Positions 1 to 11,560 of a DNA stretch of 64,000 nucleotides are shown piece after piece; position 1 is the first letter of the stretch; every line of letters starts with the position of its first letter. The notes under the pieces were generated by a model. That model saw only the letters and a list, made by a program, of their open reading frames with translations, made no database searches and was not told the DNA's origin. The stretch is from NCBI GenBank assembly GCA_030704615.1, contig CM060731.1, forward strand, positions 80,414,001 to 80,478,000. The letters run 5' to 3'. Both the position numbers and the translations under genes were made by a program. This stretch comes from Takakia lepidozioides. Taxonomy: Eukaryota > Plantae > Bryophyta.

Positions 1-1923
1 TGGAATGGCCCATTTTACTGAACCTATCCACCACCACCATGATTGCATCGAATCCTTTTGACAGCGGCATAGCAGTCATGAAATCCATCGAGACACTTTC
101 CCAAGACCCCTCTGGAATCGGCAAGGGTTGTAACAACCCCGTTTGCTTTTTGTACTCGCTCCGGTTTTGTTGGCATGCGGTGCATGTCTTGACATACTCC
201 TCGGCCTCCTCCCTCAGTTTGGGCCAGAAATACTCTTTCTTCAGGAGTGCCACGGTGCGCTTGGCTCCGCCGTGGCCCGCAAGCGAGCCATCATGCATTC
301 TCTCAAGAGACTATCTCTGATCCCTCCCTTCGGCACATAGAGACGCTTTTGCTTGTACTAGAGCAGTCCATTTTGCAAGTGGAACTGCGATTTAACCCCC
401 ATCCTCAAGTCCCGCATCACGGACTTCGTCATCTCATCCTTCCGGTAAGCCTTCCGGAATTTTCCTTTGGAGCGCCGTCTCGCCCCTGTACACCAACATG
501 AGCTGTTGCTTTCTACTAAAGGCATCGGCCACCACATTGTCCCGTCCCGGTTTGTACTGGATATCCACGTCACACACCGCCAAAGTGTCTTGCCACCTAA
601 GTTGTTTTGGGGACAACTTAGGCTGCGTGGCAAAATACTTCACCGTGACATTGTCCGTGAATACCTTCACCGGGTTGGAATCAACATAATGGCGCCAAAG
701 CTCAAGGCAATGCACCACCGCCTTCATATTTTTCTCGTGTGTTGGCCAGCGTCGCTCAACTTCATTCAGTTTCTTACTTTCGTAAGCCACTGGACGCCCA
801 TTTTGCATAAGTACACCCCTAATCGCGAAGTCCGACGCATCTGTATGAATCTCAAACGGACGGTCGAACTCCGGGATTTTCAAGACTGGAGCTTCCGCCA
901 TCTGCTGCTTCAACTCGGCAAAGGCTTGGCCACAAAAGGTGTTCCATACCCATACCTTGGATTTACACAAAAGGTTTGACAGCGGCCCCGCGATCTTGGC
1001 AAAATTTCTCACATACTTTCGGTAATAGGAGGCGAATCCTAGGAAGGATCGCACTCCGAGGACCAAAGTCGGAGGCTCCCAGTCCAAGATCGCCCTCACC
1101 TTTCTGTCATCCATTTTGATCTCATCCTGTGTAATCACATGCCCTAGGAACTCCACTTTTGTGACCCCGAATTCGCACTTTGATTGGCATACAGCTTCTC
1201 TTCCCGCAATTTCTGGAACACCCTTTTGAGGTGCTCCAGGTGCTCTTCCTTTGTTTTCGAGTACACCAAGATGTCGTCGATGTACACGATCACAAAGTCA
1301 TCCAGCCACTCCTGGAAAAGGCTGTTCATAAGCGTGCTAAAGGTCGCGGGTGCGTTGGTGAGCCCAAAAGGCATCACCAAGAACTCATACGAACCATATC
1401 TTGTCATGCACGCGGTCTTCTCCTCATCTCCTTCCGCCACTTGGATTTGATGGTAGCCCGAGCGCAAATCGATCCGGCTAAAATACTTCGGTCCTGCCAA
1501 CCGATCGAAGAGGTCGTCGATCATTGGCAAAGGGTACCGGTTCTTGATAGTCACCTTATTCAGAGCCCTGTAATCGACACACATCCGCAGCGTCCCATCC
1601 TTCTTGTCTACGAATAGCACTGGGGCTCTGTAAGGTGACTTACTCGGCCGGATGTACCCCTTTGACATTAGTTGGTCGAGCTGAGTCTTCAGCTCGACCA
1701 ACTCTATGTGGCTCAACCGGTAGGGCGCCTTGGCCCGGTATCACCTCAATCTTGTGGTCAACTCCTCTTCGCGGCATCACATCCTGGTATTTCTCCAAAA
1801 TCCCCTTGATCCAATCTGGGCTCGGCTCCCTATCGCCTTCTCCCTTCACTTATCTTACGTAAAGCAAAAACTAGGGCTCGTGTGGCTTCTCCACAGCCCA
1901 CTCCTTTGCTGTCAACAGGTTTA
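1..1923 (-). mobile_element. Ty3/Gypsy retrotransposon fragment (RT-RNase H-integrase N-part), copy A of the chromovirus family at 15330-22057; cut off by a CACTA end at 1924
   Basis: ORF 1144-1716 has Gypsy RT motifs ([24 protein letters not shown]); ORF 434-1156 has RNase H (IHTDASD, VADAFSR); colinear and near-identical to ~17705-19660; several frameshifts and small deletions. Confidence 0.95.
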
Positions 1924-4855
1924 CACTACAGGAAAAGGGGGGCCTTTGCGACGCCCGAGCCACGCCGCAACGTCGGGAAAATGCCCTTTTTGGGCAGGGG
2001 CAGGCGCAGAATTTGCGACGCCCGGCCGTCGCCCGGCAATCGCATGGGCGTCACCAAAATGACGTTGCAAAAATGCGACGTATGGGGGTCACGAGCCCCC
2101 ACCCCAACTCCCGCGACTGCCGGACATCGTTTTTCGGGCCGTCCGCGCCGATGGCAGGGCCTCCGTCGAACGACGTCTCGCCGTCGCGGCCCTCCAGCCG
2201 ATGGCTTGGTGGGGGCGCCGGCACGGCGTCGCATCCCTTTTTTTTTCTAACCTGCCCGGGAGTCCCATCATAAAACCCAAAGACACGTGGCGTAAGCCGG
2301 GTGGTACACCAAGCGACGCCAGTGCGTCGCTATAAGCGACTATTGGGCGTGGCAAAAAAAATAGCAGGAGTAGGAGTCGGGCTCCGCCACACCCGGGCGT
2401 GGGTTTTGGCGACGCTCTGGCGTCGTTTTTTTAATATTTAATCCAAAAAAAAAAAAAAATGGCGCAGGCAGGGTGGCGGGCTACGCGACGCCAGGGCGTC
2501 GCAGCTTGCGACCCCCGGACCAAAGAAACACGTCGCAGGGAGTGTCGGGGGTTGCCGCCCACAAATGGGATTGGCGACGCCAGACCGTCGCGGCGTGCGA
2601 CCCCCGCCCAAAAAACACGTCGCCATTGGCGACGTCCTTCAGTCGTGAGGGCAACCTGGTGGGGGGGGGGGGTTTGGGGGTTGATTTTGGGGGTGAATTG
2701 GGGGTGGTTTTTGTTTTTTGCCTGGTTTTGTTTTTGGGGATGGGAGACCTTACAGTTCCATTTCTCTGATTTAGCAGGTACACAATTGAGCAAGCATGAA
2801 TCGAGGGTGAGGACGGTGCGACACATGAATAAGATGGAAGATGGAAAGATGGAAATATATTTACAGGAAATGAGCTGAAAAGCTCACAAGGGTTCAGTAG
2901 GCTGACCCTGGGACCTACATGGACTAGGACTAGTCATCCTCATCATCATCCTCAGTGGAGGACTCATAGCTATCCGATGAGCCTGATGACTCCACACCCT
3001 TTGTCAGACCACCTAAATGAGGCGGCGTTCCCCTAAGTCCCACAGAGCTCTCATCCAATCCCTGACCATGACCCCCGACCTCATCCATACTAGTGCCCTG
3101 TAGTGCACTCATCCCCTCCGTGTTGGCCATGTTCTTCATGAGGGATTGCCAACCATGCTCCTTGGCGTAGTTGTACTCTACCGGAGATGGATTCCTCTCA
3201 AACGCACGTTGCTACACATGCCACAAATTAAAGTCAGATCTTCGCGATGATGGAGCCAAAAAGAAGACATAACAAAATCCATAGGGAAGTACGACTTACA
3301 AATCACAAGATAAAACCCTTGGATCCGCCGGCACCTCACTTGTGTGTGGATTCGTGCTTGTCAAGGCGGACTGTTGTTGCTTCGCGTGCTCGGTCAAATT
3401 TGATACACACATACGTTGCATCGAATCCACCTCATTAATGCACATGCGACAAATGGAAGGTGACATGATTCAAGATTTGCCAACCTGTGTAATTCCATAA
3501 GGTGGTTTGGGTATGGCCCCCTTTTCCATTGCCCTCCAAATGATCTGTCTGGCACGGTACCTCATGTCCTTCAAGTTTCGCCCCACCATCTCCATCACCC
3601 TTATGTCACTCCAATTTCTCGGAAACCGGCGGTCTAACTCACGGGCATACGCCCGCTTCACGCCAAAGTGCTGATCAGCCCACTCGATGTGCAAAGGGAA
3701 CCACCTCAATGCGAGTTCGAAGGCTGGTTTCTTCACAGCCTCCCTGAACGCACCGCAGGGGTCACCATGGCGATTCACCTCCACCGGTGGCACCACGATC
3801 TTTGCCAACTCCACATCCTGTATCGCCAAGGGCATGTTCTTCTTCTCACCCTCTCTCTTCTTTGTAGCTTCCTTCCCCTGCTCCTTTGTTACCCCACTGC
3901 CCTCCCTCGCATGCACACTCACCCCTTCCTCTCCATGGGACTTCTTCTTCTTCTTCTTCTTCTTCTTTTCCTTCCCCTTCTCCACGACCATCTCCTTCCC
4001 CTTCCTCGCTACTTCCTCTCTCTCCTTCTCCCTCTCCTTTCTCTCTCTCTCCTCGGCAGCCACTTCATTGATAGTAAAAGGGATCTCGGGAGATCGAGGC
4101 CTCTTCTTCTTACCTTTGGTGTTCGGGCCCTTCATGAATACCACGTGCTCTCCCTCATTGGCAACCCCACTGGACTGCACCAATGAGGCCAGCCATGTTG
4201 CTGCCTCCTGAAGACAAATAACCCCTCCAAATTCAAAAAAAGAAACAAACAACAAAGAAAATCATGCATGCAAAGGAAAGGATAAATCATGGAACAAGGT
4301 GCGACAGTTGTACCTTTGCAAGCTTGTCCGACTCGCCCCCGGTGTCACCCGATGTGGCAGGAGTCCCCGCTGCCGGATGTGCCCGCTCTATCCCCTCCCG
4401 GAGCGCCACTGGAAGTAGATCTCAGATGTGGAGCATAGCCGGCGGCGGTGCCCCGTAGTCCAGGCCCTTCTTTGCTGACCGCTCAGGCTCAGGGGGTGAT
4501 GTAGCTGATCGGCTAGGCTGCTCTGAACCGGCCCATACCTCCTCCTCCCCCCCCCCCCCCCCCCCCAAAATGTGTATCAGGGTAGAAGCCCTCACCCGGC
4601 TTGACTTCTTCAAGGCGCTTCGCTATCTTGGCCACTTCATTGGCCCTCCTCGTCTCCTCCTCCCTCATCAACAACAATGGGCTGGCAATGGAGGCTTTCA
4701 AAGGTCCTTGAACCTGACGTTGGGCCTTGGCAAGTGCAGCCTTTGCTGCGGAGGAAGGGGTCGCTATGGGGGTGACATCCAAAAGTTGCCCATGTCGGGC
4801 CTCCGAACGGGTGATGTGCTTGCGGGGGCTGAGAGCAGCAAGTGCTCGGGGTCTC
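1924..4855 (-). mobile_element. CACTA (En/Spm) DNA transposon, one terminus plus TnpA/ORF2-like remnants; other end missing
   Basis: Starts CACTACAGGAAAAGGG exactly where Gypsy copy A homology stops (after TTA); dense GCGACG/CGTCGC subterminal repeats 1945-2640; no matching TAGTG end followed by the Gypsy continuation. Confidence 0.85.
2930..4855 (-). pseudogene. Degenerate intron-containing CACTA ORF2/TnpA-like coding remnants
   Basis: Minus-strand ORFs 2930-3139, 3470-4255 and 4513-4782 with K/E-rich low complexity and an acidic C-terminal tail, lying just inside a CACTA end; the family call rests on position and composition only. Confidence 0.45.
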
Positions 4856-6007
4856 GAGAGGGGGCAATTTTTTTTTGTTTCCTGATCTCTCCCTCTCTCT
4901 CTCTCCCTCTGTACATGGATCCTGTTGGCAACCTATTCCATAACCCAGAGGGTTTGGTACTAAGGTAATTTTTGACTAAACTATAATTAACTTTCTGCTA
5001 TCTTCATCCATACCGGATATAGTTAATAATGGATGAATTCCATTAAATATTAATTCTGGCTATCATTTTTTACCTGGTTCCTTTGATTATTAAGGTCATT
5101 TATATCTAACCCTAATGAATGCCAGGTTCTGGTCATCGATTTTAGGATGACATGGCGATGACAACAAGGGAATATTCACCTTTCATTCCTTATTCTTCAT
5201 CCGACATGGATGAAATCGCAATGGTTTGCCATATCTCCTCTTCTGCCATAAAACTTGCACGATACTCGTGCGTTTTTCCTACGGGAGATTCCAGTCCTTT
5301 CTCATCTTCCTTGGGATGCGTAACGGCGGCAGTGCTTCAATTCCCTCAGTATGGTGGCCTATTCCCTTGGTGGGCAATCTACCTTAGGCTGCCCGATTAC
5401 TTGTAGATCCTCTCTGGATCATTAAGTCTCAGCACTGCTCATAAAAACTCAGGGGGTTTCTTCACCTGTTAAAATGCGCATAGATTTCAGCAAACCATTG
5501 CTTGTTTGTGTTGTTGATTGTCAAGTGCTTGGAGCGATGTCGAGTCCTCTTCCGTAATCGATTAAGGTTGTGGATAACCCTGCTTGTGTTTAGAATTGAT
5601 TCTTGCTTTAGAACTCATGTTGTATAGCGATAACAAGCGTGAGACCCGATTCACCTGGGGTTCCACAATTCTCACTAACCTGTTGGTTCTTGTGGGGGCT
5701 TGTGATGGGACCAGGTGAGGGTCCTCACTCATTTTTGCCGCCCTACCTTGACCAATCTGGATATGCTTACAACCTTTATCTCTGTGTTGAGCAGCAAGTG
5801 CATTAGTGAGCTTTTTTAGAACACATGAATTCTATTAAGGACTCTGGGTTATGATTTCCGCTGCATTGAAATATGGTACTGGAAGTAGGGTTTCCAGACC
5901 AAATATATGCTCTTTTTTCATGCTTAGAGCACGATTTGCTACTCTGATATGTACACTTTCAAGCAACACGGTAGGGGAGAGGCCAGAGCTTGCATATGGT
6001 TTATACT

Positions 6008-7370
6008 AAGCCCTGTATGCCTTTATGTGCTCAATCTATGGAACCTCTGTGGCTTTCTGAACCCCCTTTCCTTTTTTACCTTGCATACAATCTGCTAAGG
6101 TAAGTTACCTGCTACCTCTTCATGTCACTCTGTAATTACAGATTGTATACAGTTGTGTTTATGGCTTTTGGGTTACAATAAAAGAACACAGGACTCATTG
6201 TTTCTGCTCCACAAGAAACATGGACTGGTGGGGACCCAGAATTACTCTTCTAAAAGCAAGCTTTTGTTTTTTTAGAAAAACATGTACTGGCTTTATAGAC
6301 TCTTGGTTCCAGAAGGTTGGGTTGGATTCAAGATATCAGCTGCTCTGATATCTGGCAACAAAGCCTTTTTTTCAGATGATATGACTTCAAAACCTGTATA
6401 ACATTGGGGTTTGAACATGTATTGGCACTATAGCCTTTCTGAACTTCATTAAAATATCTTTTTTACCTTGCAAACACCTTGTTAAGGTGGTAACATAATG
6501 ACCCCAGACCTAAACCAGGTCCTGGTGTTTGAAGAAAAGCCTCTTCTGTTGCTTGATGACCAAAGAATGATTAACATCATACTTACCAGCATGGCTCTGG
6601 ATTTTATGATTACAAAAAAGATTGTTGTTTGTTTGATCTTTCTGGCTATGGCTGGTTTTGATATGACATAGCATTGCATTTGTTTTGTTTTGTTCTAAGG
6701 CCCTGTATGCCTTTATGTACTCATACTATGGAACATCTGTGGCTTTCTGAACTCCATCTGTGTTTTTTGTACCTTGCATACAATCTGCTAAGGTAAGTAA
6801 CCTGATGTCATCAGGCCTAAACTAGGCTCTGGATATGATTCCTGTAAATACAGATTATATACAGCTTGTTTATGGCTTGTGGGTTACAAAAAAAAGAACA
6901 CATGACTCACTATTTCTGCTCTGGCATGATTGATGCCAAGACACACAAGAAACATGAGTTGGTGGGGACCCAGAATCGAGCTCTTCTAAAAACCCTCCAA
7001 GATTTAGTTGGGTTAGATTAAATGATTTCAGCTGCTCTGGCTTGATAAAAATATCAGGCTACACAATATAATTTTTTCAGATGTTATCGATTCAAATAAC
7101 ACCAGGGTTTGAACAAGTGTGGGAACTATGGCCTTTCTGAACTTCATTAAAAGTCTTTTTTGCCTTGCAAACACCTTGTCAAGGTTGTAACATAATGACC
7201 CCAGACCTAAACCAGGTCTGGTTGTTTTAAAGAGAAGCCTCTGTTGTTGCTTGGTAATCAAAGACTGATTAACAATCATACCTACAGCGTGGCTCTGGAT
7301 TTTATGTTACAAAAAAGATAGCTGTTTGTTTTTTGCTAGCTATGGCATATTCTGATACAGAACACTGCAG
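6008..7370 (+). repeat. Diverged tandem duplication, ~690-bp unit x2, inside monomer M1
   Basis: GCCCTGTATGCCTTTATGT at ~6010 and ~6700; ATAATGACCCCAGACCTAAACCAGGT at ~6495 and ~7192. Confidence 0.85.
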
Positions 7371-8017
7371 TAGAAAGCAGTTATGGGAAATCAAGCTTAC
7401 TAAACAATGCAATGAGTTTTGACTCTATGTCATGATTACAAGAAGTTCTAAAAATGTAGCAGATAAGCTCTGGGTTGTTGTTATTAAAAAACTGGTTATC
7501 TTATCAAGTAACCAGATGATTTAATATCCCGGTTTTGTGATTAATGGAAAATAGCTGGAACTCTTGGGTTCCAGATGAGTAGTACTATTGCATGATATAG
7601 GTAAACATTTAATTGTTTGCTTAGATGCCACCCATAGCTTATAATTCTAAAACAGGCATAAAAACAGGCTGGTAACACTTGTTTAGCATACTGTTCCTTA
7701 GAATATAAAACTAGATTATTATAACGAGGGGATCTTCTAAGTAATCCCACCCTCCCACCCGTATTTTCTTGTCATTGAAATCTACCAGGTAGATTCTTTG
7801 TCTTTGAAATGTAATGGAGGTCATCATAAGATCTGATTTGAAGTGGAGTTTGACTGATAATGCCTCTTCATGAGGTTGATTTGTCGTAAAAATTGACAAT
7901 GACCATATTTGGTCCTGTCCATGTCCCGACAAGACATAGTATCTTCCCTCTCTTTTTTGCTGCTCAAAAAAATAAACAAACCACAAGGGAGAGAGGGTGC
8001 AGAAAAAGTTAAAAAGA

Positions 8018-8730
8018 TTGTACTCATAAGACGTTGTTTGCCGTAGCCTTGTGGCCATTGACCCCGCGCCCAATTTGAGCAGAAACAAAAGGGATAGAAC
8101 CTGCCTCTGTCAGGGGCTGACATTGGTAGTAAGACTTACCTTCATATATAGAAATAATCTGGGTTTTCCAGATATCCTCTAGAAATCCCTTCACACAAGC
8201 ATCAATCTGTTGTGTGTGATTTGCCCAATAACTAGGCCTCAAGAGGGCCTGGGCTTTTGGCTCAACCTTGAGACTTCCAAAGTTGGTAAACAGAGGTACA
8301 AGCACAATTCCCTTGATGGATTTGAAGAGAGAGTCTCTTTGGTGAGAGAACCCAGACAGTGTATCAGAAAATGAGTATTGTCTTCAGATTGCCCACACAA
8401 CGGGCAATTGCACTCTCCCTTTCCTCTCTGCTTGTGTTTGTTGTTCAAAGGTAGGCTTCCTGCCCTTTGTTTAAATTTCAGTCTAGTGCCGAGAGTGGTG
8501 ACCCTTGAAGTCATCCAAGAAGTCCTCCCCCATGTCACTGACTGGAAACAAGTTCAGGGAAGTTTTCTGCCTAACTTCATTTTCATCAGACAATCTCATG
8601 GCAACAGACATGGCTTTGGACACTACAGCCTCTAAGTCAGATTTATCAACCCATATTGCAGATCCGTACTCCAAGGCAGGTCTAATAATGCGACAAAGCA
8701 TGGTTTTCTTAACCTCAGAGTTGACCCCTC
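8018..8730 (-). mobile_element. 5'-truncated LINE copy with internal deletion and target-site duplication
   Basis: Matches 46094-47130 with ~315 bp deleted at a TTATC microhomology; flanked by TGCAGAAAAAGTTAAAAAGA at 7998-8017 and 8731-8750. Confidence 0.93.
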
Positions 8731-9019
8731 TGCAGAAAAAGTTAAAAAGAGAGAGGGAAGATACTCATGTCATGTCAAGACATGGACAAGACCCAGTAGG
8801 GTCATTGTCAATTGAAGACATAAACAGCCCATAAACAGGGCACCATCTAACACTTCCATTCTTGTCATGACTTCCCAATTGATTTCACCCAATCATTCAT
8901 GATAAAACAGGGTGGGAGGGCGGGGTTTGTTTATGTATAGGTCATGACAACAAGACAAGCATATAAGCAAGCATCGTGTGTGCTGAAAAATCAGATTGCT
9001 GCAGCATGTTCAAATTCCT

Positions 9020-9625
9020 ATAAGTAACCCAAGACATGCACCATGCAAGGCTCCTTGGGTAGGTAAGAACAGCCTGCCCTCCTACAGATTCAAAATATGT
9101 TCATACAAACACCTTGAAGGACCAGCCTGCAATTTACCAGATTTCAAACATGCAACCAAGTAATGTTCTTGGGCATGACAAAACATATTGCAGCTTCACT
9201 CTTTGCCATTTGTAGGTATCCCAAGACATGCATCGTGCAAGGCTCCTTGGGTAGGTAAGAACAGCTTGTTCTACTACAAATTCAGGATATGTTCATACAA
9301 GTACCTTGAAGGACCAGCCTGCAATTAATCAGATTTCAAACATGCAACCAAGTAAACCCCTTGGGCATGACAAAACATATTGCAGCTTCACATTTGGCCA
9401 ATTGTAAGTACCCCAAGACGTGCATCGTGCAAGACCGTCTGGGTAGGTATGAACAGCCTGTCATTGTACAGATTCAAGACCTGTGTACACAGGAATCTTG
9501 TTGGACCAGCCTGCAGTTAATCAGACTCCAAACATACAACCAAGTGACCACTTTGGGCATGACAAGACTGACTGCAACTTCATTCTACACCATGTACAGT
9601 TGCCCCAAGATATGCATCAAGTAAG
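9020..9625. repeat. 192-bp tandem repeat, ~3.2 units (monomer M2)
   Basis: Anchor AAGA(C/T)RTGCA at 9031, 9223, 9415, 9607. Confidence 0.9.
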
Positions 9626-11392
9626 GCATTTTTGCATGGAAGAAAGGCCCGCCCTGTCACAACATCCAGATATGGACACACATACAATTTGAGTGCCCAA
9701 GATCAAGCCCACTTGGCCAAGATAAATCATACAATGCAGGGAGCTGTTCAGATGGCAAAATAAGGTAACTAATCACTGGCCAGAGTCCTTTAGAGCTTAC
9801 CATCACTGTTTCCCAGGAGGCTAATGCCATGTTTTGCAAATAGGACCTCATTATGCTCCATTCCACATCAAATCCAGGTCTGAAAACGGCCTGTCATTGC
9901 CTGATCAGGCTGTCTTGTATAAAAAAAAACCAAGCCTTACCTAGTCTAAAAATCCACAGGCAAAGCTGTCAAAGATTCAAGACAGGGTAAGATTCACATG
10001 TTGTGCTGCAAGAGACGGGGCTGCCAGGCCGAAATGCTCCATCAACTGCAGCAAAACATAAGTCAAAAGCAAGCATCATCATGTCAAACCGGGAGCAAAC
10101 GAGCCGAAATCGGGGCTACAGGCAGCAGCAGTATGTTCCTTTTGCTCACATCTTTATCTGCAAGCTCAAGAGAATTCAAAGCAAGTAGGGATCCTCACCT
10201 GGTCCCATCACAAGCCCCCACAGAAACCAAATGGGTTATGTGAGGATTGTGGAACCCCAGGTGAATCACAAACCCCTACACTTGTCATCGATATCAATTA
10301 GGAACCTCAAAAACAAGAGAGAAAGACACGAATTAAAGGAACTCTAATCACCAAAAGCACCTTGAGCGATTGGGGAAGGTAACTCTGCGTCATCGCCACC
10401 AGTAAGCCATCTCCAGCACAACTAAGGAGAAGCGAAGCATACAAGTGCTAGGTTTAAGAAGGGAGAGAGATATATATACTTCCCCACACAAGCGCCGCTG
10501 CGAAACATAAAAGCCAGAGGAGGTAAAGAGACGATGCCATCACAGCGGGGTCTCCCGCCTGTGAGAAGAGACAAGATGCCGCCATTGCGCATCCCCAGGA
10601 GCTCGTTCGGCATGGGCACGAAGCAGTAGACAGGGTAGCAGCAGAGCTCAGACGCCATAACTCTCAGCCCGCGAGCTCAGAAGCACGAGGAGTGCAGCTG
10701 ACGACGGGAAAGACACCCTAGGGCAAATCCCGATTTTCCATCCGCGGAGGATGAATAATCAACACCCTTTATCTCGAAAACCCGATGTCATCCATTAGCT
10801 AGGTTTAAACAATAGATTATAGGGTAGGGGTTAGGGTTTCACTCCTTAATTAGCCATAATTAAGGGTAATTAAACAATTCTCCAGGGCCATCATAAGCTG
10901 CTTTTTTCATCTGGTTCAGATGAAAAAAAAAAATAGGTTCATTTATTTGGAGGAGGTCCGTCAGCAGGATGAAAAAGCAGTACACATCACCCAAGGCAGC
11001 GGTTTCTCATCCTAACAAGTAATTCATCATCCCCTAAGAAAAGCCTCATCCAGTACGGAAAAAAAAGCATAAAGGAGGAATAAAACGAATTCATATCCTG
11101 GTATATTTCATCCGGCATGGATGGAAAAATTATAGATAGGATGTCAGTGTCACAACCCCTAAAGAGGTAATTCCTCACTCTCTGGTGACTCATCTGGTAT
11201 AGATGAAAGTCAATAAAAGAGGAATGAAAAATTATAGACCCTTTTTAGAGGTTTTTTAGTGTTCACCCAGGTAATTCTTCCGGTATGGACAGAAAAACTT
11301 TATAGGGCGTGTGAAAACACTGTTTAGAGTCCATCTGGTATAGATGAAAAAACATGGAAAAGAACACTGATGCAACCGGCCAATTCCGAGGA

Positions 11393-11560
11393 GGGAGACA
11401 GAGGGAGAGAGGGGGCAACAAAGAAAAAACACAAAGGTGGGGGGGGAGGGGGGGGGGGGGGAGGATGACTGAGCAGCTGCTACTCAGTCAATCCCCCCCC
11501 ACCTTCCTCTTTTTCTTTTTGTTTCCTGATCTCTCCCTCTCTCTCCTCTCTCTCCCTCTG
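11393..11560. repeat. Large imperfect hairpin (GA tract, G-run, TGACTGAG-loop-CTCAGTCA, C-run, TC tract); paralogues at ~23200-23350, ~26110-26275 and a centrally deleted one at ~4857-4910
   Basis: Inverted symmetry read directly from the sequence. Confidence 0.85.

Noticed and set aside
1730-2880. Many overlapping Arg/Pro/Gly-rich ORFs (also 34659-35398)
   Set aside because: Artefacts of GC-rich CACTA subterminal repeats.
10422-10658. MASELCC small ORF (paralogue 22086-22388) as a protein gene
   Set aside because: Frame and length are not conserved between the two recent copies and no domain is recognisable.
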